This document shows, piece by piece, positions 1 to 10,160 of a DNA stretch of 64,000 nt. The stretch is from contig CAVTRY010000016.1 in the NCBI GenBank assembly GCA_963737265.1, positions 192,001 to 256,000 of the forward strand, in the 5' to 3' direction. Under the pieces are notes generated by a model that did no database searches, was not told the origin of the DNA, and saw only the letters and a program-made list of their open reading frames with translations. A program made the translations under genes and the position numbers. Within the stretch, counting starts at the first letter, position 1, and the number at the start of each line of letters is the position of its first letter. Origin of the DNA: an uncultured delta proteobacterium. GTDB taxonomy: Bacteria > Myxococcota_A > Polyangia > Fen-1088.

Positions 1-2
1 GC

Positions 3-1427
3 AAGCGTTGGGCGTGGCTCTTGGTTCCGCTGGTCGCCTTGTGGGCCAACCTTCATGCCGGCGCTTTTCTTGCGCCGGTCCTACTCGGATTGGCAGGCGT
101 TGGCGCCGTCCTCGACCGTTCAGGCCTGCGCGCCTCCGCGCGAATTTTCGTCGCCGGCCTTCTTTGCGCCACCGCCCTTTTGGCGACGCCGGTCGGGCCG
201 GGACTCTTCCGCTACCTGGCCTTTCACGTCGGCATCTTCGCCGTTCATCCGGTCGACGAATTCCGCGGCCTGACCTGGCGCTCGGACGCGTCGTTCGTCG
301 TCTTGGCGCTGGGCGCGCTGGTCGTGCTCGCGGTTTCGCGGCGTGGAAGCTGGAGCCTTCGCTTGCCCGCGCTTGGATTGTTCGCGCTGGCGGCATGGCA
401 CGTTCGCTTCGGCGCCGACGCCATTCTGGTCCTGGCCGTGGTCACCGCGCCAGCACTCGGCGCCTTGATCGACCGCTTCACCCTGGCTCCATCGCGCGCC
501 TGGCATGCCGGGCTGGCTATCGCCCTCGTCGCTCTCGCCGTCGCGCCACGCATTGCCGAAGCCAGCCGCGGTGGACGCTTCTTGGCAATCGGTCTCGACG
601 AAAGCGCGCTGCCGCTCGACGCCCTTCACTTTGCCGAGCAACACGACCTGCGCGAGCGCATGTACAACGATTTCGAAACCGGCGCCTACCTGCTCTGGCA
701 AGGCTATCCGCGCTACCGCGTGTTCATCGATCCGCGTTTGCCGGCCTATCCCATCGCGTTTCATCGGCTCCTCGGCCGCATGGACATTTCACGCGACGAA
801 TGGAGTCGGGCGATGGACAGCCTCGGCATCGACACCGCCTTGCTCGAATACGCCGGCATCAACCGCCGCGTGTCCTTCTGGGATCCCGAGCGCTGGGCGC
901 TGGTTTTTCGGGCCAAGGACAGCCGCGTCTTCGTACGCCGGCTGCCCAAGTGGCGCACCTTCATCGCCGCATTCGAGATCCCGGCGACCTTCGACTTCAC
1001 CGTCGAAAACGGCGCCATCACGCAGCCGCTTGTGGCTCCACCCGCGGCGTCGCCTGTGCCCGCATGCGAATGGCAGTTCCACCTCGGCGAGCTGTACTTC
1101 GATCTTGACCGTGGACCAAGCGAGCGTGCCATCGCGGCCTACCGTTCGGCGCTCACCGCGCCCGCCGGTTGTCTGCCACCTGACCATGAGCTTTCGGCGT
1201 CGGCCTGGATCGGGGCGCTCGATGTGTCAGCCCACCGATTCGAGCAAGCGCTGCCCCTTCTCGGCCGCGCGCTGATTCTCTCGCCCGACGACACCGCGGT
1301 GCTCACCCAGCGTGCGCTCGCGCTCGAGGGTCTCGGACGCGGCAGCGAGGCGCACGACGTTTGGAGGCGCATCGCTACGCTGGCGGCAGGCACCGATCTG
1401 GGCGCGCGAGCGGCGAGCTTCCGCTGA
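3..1427 (+). CDS. Multi-TM membrane protein (GT-C/STT3-like fold candidate) with C-terminal TPR; 5' end lies outside the window
   Basis: Frame open from base 3; hydrophobic segments with LWANLHAG motif; soluble domain with YNDFETGAYLLW..VFIDPR; TPR-like helices at the C-terminus. Confidence 0.6.
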   Translation, partial: KRWAWLLVPLVALWANLHAGAFLAPVLLGLAGVGAVLDRSGLRASARIFVAGLLCATALLATPVGPGLFRYLAFHVGIFAVHPVDEFRGLTWRSDASFVVLALGALVVLAVSRRGSWSLRLPALGLFALAAWHVRFGADAILVLAVVTAPALGALIDRFTLAPSRAWHAGLAIALVALAVAPRIAEASRGGRFLAIGLDESALPLDALHFAEQHDLRERMYNDFETGAYLLWQGYPRYRVFIDPRLPAYPIAFHRLLGRMDISRDEWSRAMDSLGIDTALLEYAGINRRVSFWDPERWALVFRAKDSRVFVRRLPKWRTFIAAFEIPATFDFTVENGAITQPLVAPPAASPVPACEWQFHLGELYFDLDRGPSERAIAAYRSALTAPAGCLPPDHELSASAWIGALDVSAHRFEQALPLLGRALILSPDDTAVLTQRALALEGLGRGSEAHDVWRRIATLAAGTDLGARAASFR

Positions 1428-1499
1428 CCTGGGCGGGGCCACCAATGTGCTGTGACCACGCCCGCCCGCAGCGAACCCGGCTTCATGCAACGCAACCGA

Positions 1500-1537
1500 G
1501 GATGGCGAGGATGGCGTGGATGGCGTGGATGGCGTGG
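1500..1537. repeat. 9-bp tandem repeat (GGATGGCG[A/T]) x4
   Basis: Read directly: ggatggcga ggatggcgt ggatggcgt ggatggcgt gg. Confidence 0.9.
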
Positions 1538-1751
1538 TGCTCGTAAGAAAAGATGGGCCGTGCTAGTTTCGCCCAGGAGGAGAATCATGATGAAGGGCGT
1601 TCCTCGATGGCAGCGGCCGGGAGATCATTCCGTGACCGCCCGAACGACGAAACCCGCAATGACTGTCCCCTCTCACTGGCTCCGAGGGCACATGGGCGCA
1701 GGCGCAAATCCTCGCGCCGGTTCTCGGCGACCCGACGTCATTGTAGCGCGC

Positions 1752-4328
1752 ATGGGTTGGCGAGTGGCTGGAGCGCTCGCGGTGTTGTCGATCGCGCCCT
1801 GCCTGGGTTGCTCTTCGGGAAGCACGCGGCCCTTGGGGACCGGCGTCTCGTCGGCCGGCGGGAACTCCGCTCCGAGCACCGGCTCGGGCAGCGGGGGCTC
1901 GTCCGGCAGCAGGGGTGGGAGCTCCGCTCCGAACCCCGGCTCCGGCAGCGGCGGCTCGTCCGGCACCGGCGGCGGAAGCTCCACTCCAAACACCGGCTCC
2001 GGCAGCGGTGGCTCGTCCGGCACCGGGGGCGGGATGTCGGCGTCGCAGGGGGGCAGCTCGCCCAACGGCGGCTCGGGAACAGACGCGAGCGCGACCGCGG
2101 GATCCGGCGCGGGCGGCTCCGGATCGGGCGCGAACGACGCGGCCGCGCCGGCCGACGGTCCATCAGGCGTACCTGTGCGCGGCTCGCAGCCGATGGTCAT
2201 ACCGGCCGAGGCTTGGAGCCGCGATCTCACGGCGACCGGCTATAAGGACGGGGTTCCCATTGGCGGCTTCGGTGCGGGATCGATGACGTGGCGCTATGAT
2301 GGCGTCTTCTACAAGGATCGTCTCCACACCGGCGTGAAGACTCAGACGCCCGATCCTGATTCCAGCTTCTACCTTTACGAGAAGTGCGGCACCGGCGCCG
2401 CCGTGTGGAAGAAGCTCGTTGCCACGGCCGTGACGGGCGCGGGTCAGGTCACCTATCGTGCGCTCTTTCCCAAGGCCTGGTTCGACTACAGCGGGCTCAC
2501 GGGCTTCGACGCGAAGGTGAAGGTTGCCCAGTGGAGCCCGGTCATCGCGGGAGACTACCAGCGCAGCAGCTACCCGGTGGCCGCGTACGAGTGGGAGTTT
2601 TCCAATCCTTCCGCGGCTGCTTGCGACGTCGCCGTGATGTTCCTGTTCAGGAACGACTCGGGCGTCTCAGCGCAGTCGGTCAGCACGCCCACGACGGCCG
2701 GAATCAAGCTCGCGCGCGCCGGGACCGCGAATGCGGCCAGCGAGAACGACGCCGAGATCACGCTGGCCGCCGCCCCTCCGGCGGGCGCCACGTCGTCGAT
2801 CCAGTCCGCCGCCAAGGCCGCGGACCTCGAGGCGCAGTTCGGCCAAGCCGGCGTGCTCTCGAACGCGGTCGGGGCCCAGGGGCTGGGCGCGATCGCCGTC
2901 AAGGTGCAGGTTGCTCCGAAGGGCCGCGTCGAGTTCCCGATGGTTCTCGCCTGGGAGATTCCCATCACCAAGCCAGGGGGTGGGAATGCCTGGTATCGCG
3001 AGTACACTCGCTATTTCGGCCGAACGGGGCTGCATTCGTGGGACATCGCCAGCGAGACGCTGGCCAACTACGCCGCGTGGGGAGACGCGATCGACGCGTG
3101 GCAGGGAGAGATCCTCGCCAATCCCAAGTATCCCGCCTGGCTGAAGACCTCGATGTTCAACGAGCTTTACTACTACATCGTCGGAGGCACGATGTGGGAG
3201 GCGGGCGCGGCTTCCGGGCAAACGGACAATCCGGACGAGGACATGTTCAGCAGTCTGGAGTGCTTCGACTATCCTGGCTACGGTACGTCGGATGTGCGGT
3301 TCTACGGTTCGTGGCCGCTGGCGCTCTACTGGCCGGCGATCGACAAGCAAGAGGTCGAGCAGTTCTGCGACAGCGTCACCACCACGCGCACCGATCGACC
3401 GAAACCGATCGGGACGACGGCCCACGATTTCGGCACGCTCAACGACGTGTTCGCGACGTGGAACTGGTACACCTATCGAGACAGCACCGTGTGGAAGGAT
3501 CTGAATTCGAAGTTAGCGCTCATGGTCTATCGTGACTGGGCTCTGACCGGGAAAAACGACCAGAAGTTCCTCAGCTATTGCTGGCCCGCGGTCAAAATCG
3601 CGATGGCCAAGGTGAAAGGCCAGGACAGCGACGGCGACGGGCTGCCGAACAGCAACGGGATCGACCAGACCTACGACAACATGGCCCTGGCCGGCAACAC
3701 CGCCTATTGCGGTACCCTGTTCTTGGCGGCCACCGAGGCAGCGCAGGAGATGGCGACCGCGATGGGCGATCCCACGCAGGCGGCCACTTATCAGGCCTGG
3801 CTCGATCTCGGCAAGTCCAGCCTCGAAAAGGAGCTGTGGAACGGAACGTACTATCGCATGGACACCAATCCGGTCGCGGCGCAAGCCAACCGCATCATGT
3901 CGGATCAGCTGGCCGGCGAGTGGTACGCGAAGGCCTGCGGGCTTCCCGGCATCGTTCCGGCGGCTCACGCCACGTCGGCATTTCAGACCGTCTATGCCAA
4001 CAACTTCATGAAGTTCGACAACGGCACCCACGGCGTTGTGAACGTCGTGCTGGCCGACGGCAGCCGCGACTCGTCTTCGCCGCAAGCGCTCGAATCCTGG
4101 GTCGGCGTGAGCTGGGGCGTCGTGGCAGGGATGATTCAAGAGGGTCTGGCGACGCAGGCCGATGCCGTCGGCAACAGCATCTACAACACGATTTGGCAGA
4201 ACAACCAGCTCTGGTTCCGGACGCCGGAGGCATGGCAGTCGGGCGTCACCAACCTGCGCGCGATGTATTACATGCGTACGAACGCCGTCTGGGCCGTCAA
4301 GCGCGCCTACGACGTCGCGCTGCCGTAG
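1752..4328 (+). CDS. GH116 beta-glucosidase/glucosylceramidase-family lipoprotein with Gly/Ser linker
   Basis: GVPIGGFGAG; LECFDY (nucleophile region); GIDQTYD (acid/base region); DQLAGEWY; FRTPEAW; YMR; lipobox CLGC. Start placed at ATG 1752 (ORF track gives 1452). Confidence 0.88.
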   Translation: MGWRVAGALAVLSIAPCLGCSSGSTRPLGTGVSSAGGNSAPSTGSGSGGSSGSRGGSSAPNPGSGSGGSSGTGGGSSTPNTGSGSGGSSGTGGGMSASQGGSSPNGGSGTDASATAGSGAGGSGSGANDAAAPADGPSGVPVRGSQPMVIPAEAWSRDLTATGYKDGVPIGGFGAGSMTWRYDGVFYKDRLHTGVKTQTPDPDSSFYLYEKCGTGAAVWKKLVATAVTGAGQVTYRALFPKAWFDYSGLTGFDAKVKVAQWSPVIAGDYQRSSYPVAAYEWEFSNPSAAACDVAVMFLFRNDSGVSAQSVSTPTTAGIKLARAGTANAASENDAEITLAAAPPAGATSSIQSAAKAADLEAQFGQAGVLSNAVGAQGLGAIAVKVQVAPKGRVEFPMVLAWEIPITKPGGGNAWYREYTRYFGRTGLHSWDIASETLANYAAWGDAIDAWQGEILANPKYPAWLKTSMFNELYYYIVGGTMWEAGAASGQTDNPDEDMFSSLECFDYPGYGTSDVRFYGSWPLALYWPAIDKQEVEQFCDSVTTTRTDRPKPIGTTAHDFGTLNDVFATWNWYTYRDSTVWKDLNSKLALMVYRDWALTGKNDQKFLSYCWPAVKIAMAKVKGQDSDGDGLPNSNGIDQTYDNMALAGNTAYCGTLFLAATEAAQEMATAMGDPTQAATYQAWLDLGKSSLEKELWNGTYYRMDTNPVAAQANRIMSDQLAGEWYAKACGLPGIVPAAHATSAFQTVYANNFMKFDNGTHGVVNVVLADGSRDSSSPQALESWVGVSWGVVAGMIQEGLATQADAVGNSIYNTIWQNNQLWFRTPEAWQSGVTNLRAMYYMRTNAVWAVKRAYDVALP
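1857..2027 (+). repeat. 3 x 57-bp (19-aa) tandem repeat encoding the GH116 linker
   Basis: Units begin at 1857, 1914 and 1971: GGxSxPxxGSGSGGSSGxx. Confidence 0.85.
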
Positions 4329-4399
4329 CCGCTTCACTGCTCCTTGCCTCCGGCCCGAATCCGCTGCGAACGGCCCGGTCCGGCTTCCACCACGACCTG

Positions 4400-6472
4400 C
4401 TAGAGTGCGCTGGTGCTTTCGAATGCCTTGAATTCCACGATGCTCACGCGGTCGGCATAGTCGGTTTGAAGAATGGTGCGGATCTCTCCTGAGGCAGTGG
4501 GAAGGTTCGCCGAAAGCACAGTGACCTTCAAGTAGCGGGCCGTGAAGGGACCAACATCCGCCACGGGGGAAAGATTCGCCGTATTGCCTGAGCGATCGGC
4601 ATACATGTGCCACGCCGTGGAAGACTGGGCAGCCGAGAGGCTGGCGGCTTCAGCCTGAGCCAGGTACTCGATGCGGTATTTGTAGACCCGCAAGACGTAT
4701 TCGAACGTCGTTTCACACCTGCCGACAGAAAGATCCGCCCCCAGATCCACAATGAGGCTCCCCGGAAGCGTCGTTGGTGCCCAGCGGGTTCCATTGTTGT
4801 AGTCCACGGCATATCGAGCGGCGTAGAAGCCCTTTATGGCGGGGAATGTCTCGGTGATGTTGCCCGACACGCCACCCTGGTAGTCGCTTTCGCTCAACGC
4901 CACGACGGGCCTGGCGAATGCGAGATCGGTTTCCGACGAAGCGAGTCCTCTGCTTACGAGGGTTTCGAGGGCACCCGTACCGGCGAAAACACCTTCCTGG
5001 GTTTGAACGCCAGCAGAGATGGTGCTGCCGTTGACGACAATTCGGTCGATAGCGGTCTGGCGCTTGACGTCGACGTAGGGGTAGTGCTGCCGGTGGTAGA
5101 CAATATAGGAATCGCCACCGTATTGCAGAATCGAATTGTGCCCTGGACCGAGTATGTTCTTGGTGTTGTCGCGCTGAACAACCATCCCGGCCGCGTGGGT
5201 GAAGGGACCAACGGGCGAGGTCGCCACGGCATATTGTACGTTGTAGTTCTGACAGGCACTGTTCGAATAGGCGAGGAAGTACTGCGTACCACTCTTGAAC
5301 ATGACGGATCCTTCGAGATAGTTGGTGAGGCCCGTCAATTGCTTGAACTTGTGAACCGTCCCGTTGGTCATCCTGGTGTCCGTGTTGTCGATGGCGGCGG
5401 AAAGATCCGAACCGAATGCGAGGGTGGCGATGCCGCAAGCCCCCCCACCACCAAAGGTCATGTAGACGGTGCTGCCGTCGACGAAGAACTGAGCATCGAA
5501 CCAGTCGTTGCCACCCCACATTTGCCCGTTGTTGTAAAGTGGCGCGGTCGCGGTGGTCGTGCCGGCGGTGGCATTGATCCACGGGCCGAGCGGAGATGTC
5601 GATCGGGCGATGCACGTGCCAATGCCGCCGCACGCATAGATCAAATAGTACTGGCCGTTGCTCGGATGCTTCATGACCGAGGGCGCCCACAGCTCTTGCT
5701 TGGGCCAGGTCGATGGCAGCGTGAGAGGCTGCGACTTCCAATGCACGAAATCGGTCGAATACCAAACCGTGGGCTCGGCGCTGTAGGCGATCCAATTGCC
5801 GTCGGTCGTCGCGAAGAGATAGAAGGTCTTGGTGTCGGCGTCGTAGAAGATCGAAGGGTCGGCAAAATAGCCGGGAATGAAGGGATTGCCATTGTTCAGG
5901 TTGTTCCAGGCGGCCGTACCGCCCATCGTCGCCCCGCCGGCCCCCTTCGCTCCGCCCGAGGCGCTGCCGCCGGACCCTGTCGTCGCCCCGCCGGTAGCAC
6001 TGCCACCGAGGGCCGCCGTGACCCCGCCGGCCAATGCGGTGGCGCCACCTGCGCCCGGCGTAGCGCCGCCGGTGCTGGACCTTGCGCCCCCAGCGAACGC
6101 CGTCGCGCCGCCGGTGGCTCCTGTGGCGCCACCCGCGCTTGTCGTCGTCCCGCCGGTGGCCGTCGTCACCCCTCCGACAGCCGTGATGGTGCCACCACCG
6201 CCCGCTGCGCCGCCCTTTCCTGTCGCCACAGCTCCGCCACCCGTGCCTGCCACGGAATCCGCGGCGGCATCTCGAACGCCGCCTGTTGCCTGATTCGCAG
6301 ATCCACCGGTGCCACCCGTCGACGGTCTGCTGGCATCCGTGGCGCTCTTGTTGGTTGTGCAGGCATGGCCCAGTGCGAACACAAGACCGGCAAGAATCAC
6401 TCGACCAAGAATCGAAGAATGCGCAGATGTTAGCACAGTGAGCAGGTTACGCCCCGTCGGCCGGGGCGACAA
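4400..6472 (-). CDS. GH43 glycoside hydrolase lipoprotein with C-terminal F5/8-type (CBM32-like) domain
   Basis: FADPSI, LWAPSV, WFDAQ, YLEGS, GPGHNS, IVYHR; C-terminal AVDYNNGTRW..VDLG..ARYLKV; Gly/Thr/Ala linker; start uncertain. Confidence 0.85.
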   Translation of the reverse strand: MSPRPTGRNLLTVLTSAHSSILGRVILAGLVFALGHACTTNKSATDASRPSTGGTGGSANQATGGVRDAAADSVAGTGGGAVATGKGGAAGGGGTITAVGGVTTATGGTTTSAGGATGATGGATAFAGGARSSTGGATPGAGGATALAGGVTAALGGSATGGATTGSGGSASGGAKGAGGATMGGTAAWNNLNNGNPFIPGYFADPSIFYDADTKTFYLFATTDGNWIAYSAEPTVWYSTDFVHWKSQPLTLPSTWPKQELWAPSVMKHPSNGQYYLIYACGGIGTCIARSTSPLGPWINATAGTTTATAPLYNNGQMWGGNDWFDAQFFVDGSTVYMTFGGGGACGIATLAFGSDLSAAIDNTDTRMTNGTVHKFKQLTGLTNYLEGSVMFKSGTQYFLAYSNSACQNYNVQYAVATSPVGPFTHAAGMVVQRDNTKNILGPGHNSILQYGGDSYIVYHRQHYPYVDVKRQTAIDRIVVNGSTISAGVQTQEGVFAGTGALETLVSRGLASSETDLAFARPVVALSESDYQGGVSGNITETFPAIKGFYAARYAVDYNNGTRWAPTTLPGSLIVDLGADLSVGRCETTFEYVLRVYKYRIEYLAQAEAASLSAAQSSTAWHMYADRSGNTANLSPVADVGPFTARYLKVTVLSANLPTASGEIRTILQTDYADRVSIVEFKAFESTSAL

Positions 6473-6620
6473 GCCTTCGCGAATTTCGGCGAAGGCATTT
6501 CGTTCTTTGCGCCGTTAGGTGCGCAATTGCAATGTTGGCCAGGGGAATGCTCAACAGCCGCCATTGCGATTGAAAGTGTGGCAACATCGCGTAGCTCGCG
6601 CCGGCTTTGAACGGAGGAAC

Positions 6621-8015
6621 ATGCATTCAACGTCTCCGCCAGTGGTCACAAGGTTCGGCCTGCTCCTGTTCTTGGGTGCGGTAGGGTGTAGCTCGGCGGC
6701 GGTCCCGCAGGCCTCCACGAAGGCCGATGCCGGTGCCGTCGCAACGGGCGCTGCGACGATCGCGAGTAGCGGCGGTGGAGCGCCGGGCAGCGGCGGCGCG
6801 ACGGGCGGCCGCCCAAGCACGGGTGGCACCTTGGCGAGCACGGGCGGCCACGGCGCTGACACCACCCCCACCGGGGGAACCGCAACTGGCGGTTCCGCGG
6901 TCGGCGGGGGCACCGGGAGCTCGGGCGGGGTCGTGGGATCGGGTGGCGCGGCCGCTTCCAGAGGGGGTGCGAACAGCGTGGGCGGCGCTGCCGCATCCGG
7001 CGGAAACAGCGGCGACGCTGGCGCACCGCTCGACGCACGCGGTGCAAGCGATGCTCCCAGAGACGTCGCCCTGGAGGTTGACGGCGTTCCCGACGCTGCC
7101 GCTGCCATCCAGGGACCGCAAACCTTCCATTGCGTGAACTGGGCCGACCCAAGGGACAACTTCGTCAATGGCTTGCTCGCCCTGTCCGGCCTGTCTTCCA
7201 GCACGGACAACTACGCAACGGTTCAGACCAAGGCTGGCGACATCCTTTCCGAGTTTCGGACCAAGCTGAAGGCCAACGCCGTGCGAATCCCCGTCAACGA
7301 GCCAACGGTTTCCGGCGCGTGGTGGAACGCCTACAAAGCCGTCATCGACACGGCCGTGGGCAAGGGCATGAAGGTCATCGTCGCGTACTGGGCATATCAA
7401 AACGGTAAGCCCAACGACGCGGCCGCGTTCAAGGCCATGTGGCAAGTCGTTGTTACTGCCTACCAGAGCAACAACCTGGTCTATTTCGACATCCACAACG
7501 AACCCTACGGATACGGCAGCGCGTGGAACGATGCCGCCGCGCAATGGCTGGCCGACTTTCCGACCGTGCCCAGGGGCCGCGTGATCGTCGCCGGAACCGG
7601 CTACGACGACACCGTGGTCCCGGTAGGCAACGATTCGCGCTTTGCTGGTTGCATCTTGCAGCTGCACATCTACGGGTTCTGGCACGACACGTGGGCGACC
7701 CAGAAACAATGGAGCGACAGCATGACGTCGGCGCTCGGCAGCTACGCCACGCGCACCATCGTCGGCGAATGGGGCGCGGCGATGACGACTGGTATGGACT
7801 ACGGCGTCAATACGGACGGCGACGCCTACCGATCCTACATAAGAGCAGTATCGGACATCATGCACGACAACGGCATGGGCAGCTGCTATTGGCCGGGCCT
7901 GCGCAACGGCGACAGCTACTCCATGACCACGCTGAGCACCGGCGACAGTCCCCTTGCGTTGACGGTCACCAACGCTTCCGGGCTCGCTCGTCTGCAATGG
8001 GCTTGGCAGATGTAG
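6621..8015 (+). CDS. GH5 family glycoside hydrolase lipoprotein
   Basis: GGAGG RBS before ATG 6621; lipobox AVGC; AVRIP, HNEP (acid/base), IVGEWG (nucleophile), CYWPG. Confidence 0.85.
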   Translation: MHSTSPPVVTRFGLLLFLGAVGCSSAAVPQASTKADAGAVATGAATIASSGGGAPGSGGATGGRPSTGGTLASTGGHGADTTPTGGTATGGSAVGGGTGSSGGVVGSGGAAASRGGANSVGGAAASGGNSGDAGAPLDARGASDAPRDVALEVDGVPDAAAAIQGPQTFHCVNWADPRDNFVNGLLALSGLSSSTDNYATVQTKAGDILSEFRTKLKANAVRIPVNEPTVSGAWWNAYKAVIDTAVGKGMKVIVAYWAYQNGKPNDAAAFKAMWQVVVTAYQSNNLVYFDIHNEPYGYGSAWNDAAAQWLADFPTVPRGRVIVAGTGYDDTVVPVGNDSRFAGCILQLHIYGFWHDTWATQKQWSDSMTSALGSYATRTIVGEWGAAMTTGMDYGVNTDGDAYRSYIRAVSDIMHDNGMGSCYWPGLRNGDSYSMTTLSTGDSPLALTVTNASGLARLQWAWQM

Positions 8016-8113
8016 TTTGCCTTTCAAAAGGCCGAATCCGCAAAACGTCAGATCACAGAAAAATGGCAAAGCGAGCTTCCACTTTGGGCGCAAATTGGGT
8101 TCTAGTAAGAGCC

Positions 8114-8962
8114 ATGCGGATAGTTGTTGCGCTCGCCGTTGCCGCCCTTGTCGCACTTGTGATTACATGTGGACCTTCGCCAGACGCGCATTTGCCGGGG
8201 TATATTACCGGATCCGGAGGCAGCACTTCTGATATGGGTGGGCAGCCGGGCGTCGGTGGCGCGACGGGAATGGGCGGTGCCATCAATGGTGGTGTGACGG
8301 GAACAGGCGGCGCCGGCGCGGGCGGTGTTGGTGGTGCGGCCGTCGGCACGGGCGGCGGCGGCGCTTCCCCCGTCGGGGATGGCGCTCTTGCGGCGACCTG
8401 CAACGATGGCTTCAAGAATCAGGATGAGACCGACACCGACTGCGGTGGCGCCACCTGCACGGCTCGCTGCGTTGCTGGGAGACGCTGTTTGGTCAACAGC
8501 GACTGTGCCGTAACCACACCACCCCTTGCATGCGACCCCACCACGAATTGGTGCACCGACGCGTGCCAGGACAACAAAATGGATCGGGACGAGACGGGTG
8601 TCGACTGCGGCGGCAGCTGTCCGTTCAAGTGCACCGACGACCCGTGCACCGATGGCACCCAGTGCCAGAGCGGCACTTGTGACGCCACGTTAGGCACTTG
8701 CAAGGCGCCCGAGCACCCGCTGGCCAATATCGATCAGACCTGCTGGGACGGGATCGCCGGCTTCAATCCCGGCGACAAGACGGGCGCGCTCACCAGCATT
8801 GTCCCTTGCATGATCGCCAACTCTTGCTGCAAGTTGCCTCAACCCTTCTGCAGCGAGACCTGCTTCACCAGCAACGACGGTGCTTGCGGCGTCAACAAGA
8901 CAGGCGGCGGCATGGGCCCGCACGACTTCATCCTCGCCTACTACAAGAAGTGCGTGCCGTAG
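8114..8962 (+). CDS. Cys-rich secreted/lipoprotein with CxDGxKNxDETDxDCGG repeats
   Basis: Signal peptide MRIVVALAVAALVALVITC; Gly linker; two ETD/GxDCGG modules typical of myxobacterial surface proteins. Confidence 0.75.
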   Translation: MRIVVALAVAALVALVITCGPSPDAHLPGYITGSGGSTSDMGGQPGVGGATGMGGAINGGVTGTGGAGAGGVGGAAVGTGGGGASPVGDGALAATCNDGFKNQDETDTDCGGATCTARCVAGRRCLVNSDCAVTTPPLACDPTTNWCTDACQDNKMDRDETGVDCGGSCPFKCTDDPCTDGTQCQSGTCDATLGTCKAPEHPLANIDQTCWDGIAGFNPGDKTGALTSIVPCMIANSCCKLPQPFCSETCFTSNDGACGVNKTGGGMGPHDFILAYYKKCVP

Positions 8963-9004
8963 CGCGAAGTCTGCGGTGAGAATTGTTCGTAGAAAGGTGT
9001 TGTA

Positions 9005-10087
9005 ATGCAATTCGTCAAGCGTGAGTCTGCTTTTCAGGCCGCGTCGATCATCGCGTTCGTGGCCATGCTGGCCTGTTCGGGATGCAGCGCGAGCGGAACC
9101 GTCGCCATCGGCGGCCTCGGCGGCAGCGGGTCGGTCACGATCTCGGGCGCAGGCGGAATCGCCACGGGCGCGGGCGGCGCGATCATTGTCACGCTCACCT
9201 CCTCTGACGCAGGCAGCGGTGCGGGCGGCACATCGGGCACCACGGCCACTACCGAAGTTTGGCCGCCGCCAGGCTACCTCAACGTCACCAATGCCTCCTA
9301 CGGCGCGTACGCGCTTGGTCCCGAGATAGACTCGCCGAGCGCACCTGCAAGTGGCTCGGGCGGCACATCGGGCGCCGGAGGCAGCACGGCAGCCGCCTCC
9401 GGAATTTGCGGCGGGCTCTACGGCGTGGTCCGGGATTTCAAAATGAGCAGCATGCCGGGCGGGCACCCGGATTTCGAGCACGACCCGCAAGGCGGCGAAA
9501 CCGGCATCGTTCAGAAAGCCCTGGGAAGCGATGGCAAGCCCGTTTATGGCGACCACCCGACGGGAACGCTGACGACCACAGGAAAGACCTACTTCGACCA
9601 GTGGTACCGCGACGTCCCCGGCGTGAACCGAACCTACCTCGTGGGCTTGCACTTCGTGCAGAACGGGAATGTCGTCACGTTTGCGGCATCTATGAACAAC
9701 AAAGGCGTTTCGGACTCGTCCTATTTCCCCCTCGACAATGCGGGATTTGGCAATCAGGGCTACGACCACAATTTCAGCTTCACCACCGAAATCCACACCA
9801 ATTTCACCTACAACGGCGGCGAGGTCTTCACGTTTCAAGGCGACGACGACGTGTTCGTCTTCATCAACGGCCAGCTTGCCATCGACATGGGCGGGATCCA
9901 CCCACAGGACACCAAGACCGTCGATCTCGACGCGCAGGCGAGCACCCTTGGGATCTCCAAGGGTCAAATCTACCCGCTCGCCGTGTTCAATGCCGAACGC
10001 CACACCTCGCAATCGAACTTTCGCGTGGACACGACCATGGCATTCACGGACTGCGGCCAGGTCAACGGCCAACCCGTCATCTATTAG
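9005..10087 (+). CDS. Fibro-slime (PA14-like) domain lipoprotein
   Basis: VRDF..HPDFE, FDQWYRD, HNFSFTTE, FTFQGDDDVFVFING.LAIDMGGIH, FNAERH..SNFR. Confidence 0.9.
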   Translation: MQFVKRESAFQAASIIAFVAMLACSGCSASGTVAIGGLGGSGSVTISGAGGIATGAGGAIIVTLTSSDAGSGAGGTSGTTATTEVWPPPGYLNVTNASYGAYALGPEIDSPSAPASGSGGTSGAGGSTAAASGICGGLYGVVRDFKMSSMPGGHPDFEHDPQGGETGIVQKALGSDGKPVYGDHPTGTLTTTGKTYFDQWYRDVPGVNRTYLVGLHFVQNGNVVTFAASMNNKGVSDSSYFPLDNAGFGNQGYDHNFSFTTEIHTNFTYNGGEVFTFQGDDDVFVFINGQLAIDMGGIHPQDTKTVDLDAQASTLGISKGQIYPLAVFNAERHTSQSNFRVDTTMAFTDCGQVNGQPVIY

Positions 10088-10160
10088 GGTCCACCTCGAC
10101 GGGCACGAGTTGGCTCGCGGGACCACCCCCGATGACCAGGAGATCCAGAAGGCTGGCCGC

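Noticed and set aside
1452-2100. CRISPR-like array from the 9-bp and 57-bp repeats
   Set aside because: Tandem repeats with no unique spacers; the 57-bp units encode a linker; no cas genes.
4607-6433. Long antisense or alternative-frame ORFs (also 31942-34077, 42982-44322, 8690-10183, 6627-8156)
   Set aside because: Shadow ORFs expected in high-GC DNA; they overlap well-supported genes and have no motifs.
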